A DNA stretch of 61,680 nucleotides, counting the filler, from Choristocarpus tenellus KU-1152 (lineage: Eukaryota; Protista; Phaeophyceae), in assembly GCA_964200185.2 (NCBI GenBank). It is 12 parts of 12 records of this genome, joined end to end, with 100 filler letters (N's around TTAATTAATTAA, not from the genome) between each part and the next. Parts side by side here need not be neighbours in the genome. Positions count along the whole stretch, not along the records: positions 58,289 to 61,680 come from CAXNAD020020343.1; 11 more parts are not named here. The stretch is one strand, 5' to 3'. The notes below the pieces were generated by a model. It was not told where the DNA came from. It searched no databases and saw only the letters and a program-made list of their open reading frames with translations. Of the stretch, positions 61,020 to 61,680 are shown in pieces; position 1 is the stretch's first letter; the number at the start of each line of letters is the position of its first letter. A program made the translations under genes and the position numbers.

Positions 61020-61458
61020 TATTGTGCAGACACTAAAAGGTTGCCCACCGAAATCTCAAGCGACATAGAGCAGCCTACACCTATCTATGATTCCGCCCCT
61101 GAAGCCTTCCAAAACTCTAATCCGGCACAATATTTTGCCACATCGACCAGGGCATTCAGGGTGAGCTTGCCTACTTTCTTAGCCTTTTCCTTGCTAACAT
61201 GGAGAATTTTGAAGATGTCGCCACCCTTGGACCCCAGCACTTCACCATAGACTGCGAAGAAGGCTCTGCCAGACGTGTCCTGGGATACATATCGAATGCC
61301 TCCATTGTAGCCTCCACCAGGTCCTCTGTGTTGGTGACCCTCTTGTCTTCCTTCAGTTGCAGGATGGAATGAAAGAATCCCAGGTCGTTCATATTGAGGT
61401 CAGGTCAATAGGCTGGATGGGTCTCTATGATAATATCGTCCTGCACTGTCTCCTTGAT
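61020..61458 (-). mobile_element. DD39D-like mariner transposase C-terminal fragment
   Basis: MNDLGFFHSILQLKED...DLVEATMEAFDMYPR, homologous to 48560-48900 and 46490-47030. Truncated by MITE-B. Confidence 0.82.
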
Positions 61459-61617
61459 AGCTCAAAGTATCTGGCAGGGGGCGGCAGCAGTCCGTTCGGG
61501 GTCCATTCTTCCATGTTGCGATTTTTTGGTGATTTGGTTGCACATATTGGATGGATAAAATATAAGTGCACTTTTCCAAGTCAGGGCCCGAATGGACACC
61601 CTGGTGTAGACACCCCC

Positions 61618-61649
<32 letters not shown>

Positions 61650-61680
61650 ACGCTCCCCCCCCCCCCTCCACCCCTGACCC
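61459..61680 (+). mobile_element. MITE family B ending in poly-C at the window end
   Basis: AGCTCAAAGTATCTGG start and an internal match to the 23610 copy. Confidence 0.88.

Overview
Eukaryotic, intron-rich and transposon-dense DNA, most consistent with a stramenopile/brown-algal draft assembly (inferred from GT-AG introns, TTAGGG units, a plastid-type presequence and the TE content). It is not one locus. Twelve contigs are joined by artificial 100-nt spacers (N44-TTAATTAATTAA-N44), so neighbourhood only has meaning within a contig. Host gene fragments recovered by manual splicing: a Kelch-repeat protein, a PDZ-domain protein 3' end, a DUF179/AlgH-like 3' end, a P1B heavy-metal ATPase 3' end, RAD50 (3 exons), a PA-domain protein and a conserved plastid-type membrane protein. 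Mobile DNA: a chromodomain-bearing Ty3/gypsy relic, an internally deleted Copia element with both LTRs and a 5-bp TSD, Tc1/IS630-like and plant-type (DD39D) mariner relics, a Stowaway-like MITE and two abundant MITE families that share AAAGTATCT terminal caps. The best candidate for a novel system is contig 54089-58188. There a spliced ParB/Spo0J-like gene (DGNHR motif plus HTH) lies head-to-head with a Sola-like transposase start, and between them are three ~272-bp repeats that each carry a GGGTGATCCG-N-CGGATCACCC palindrome. This suggests a eukaryotic transposon carrying a ParB/parS-like module.
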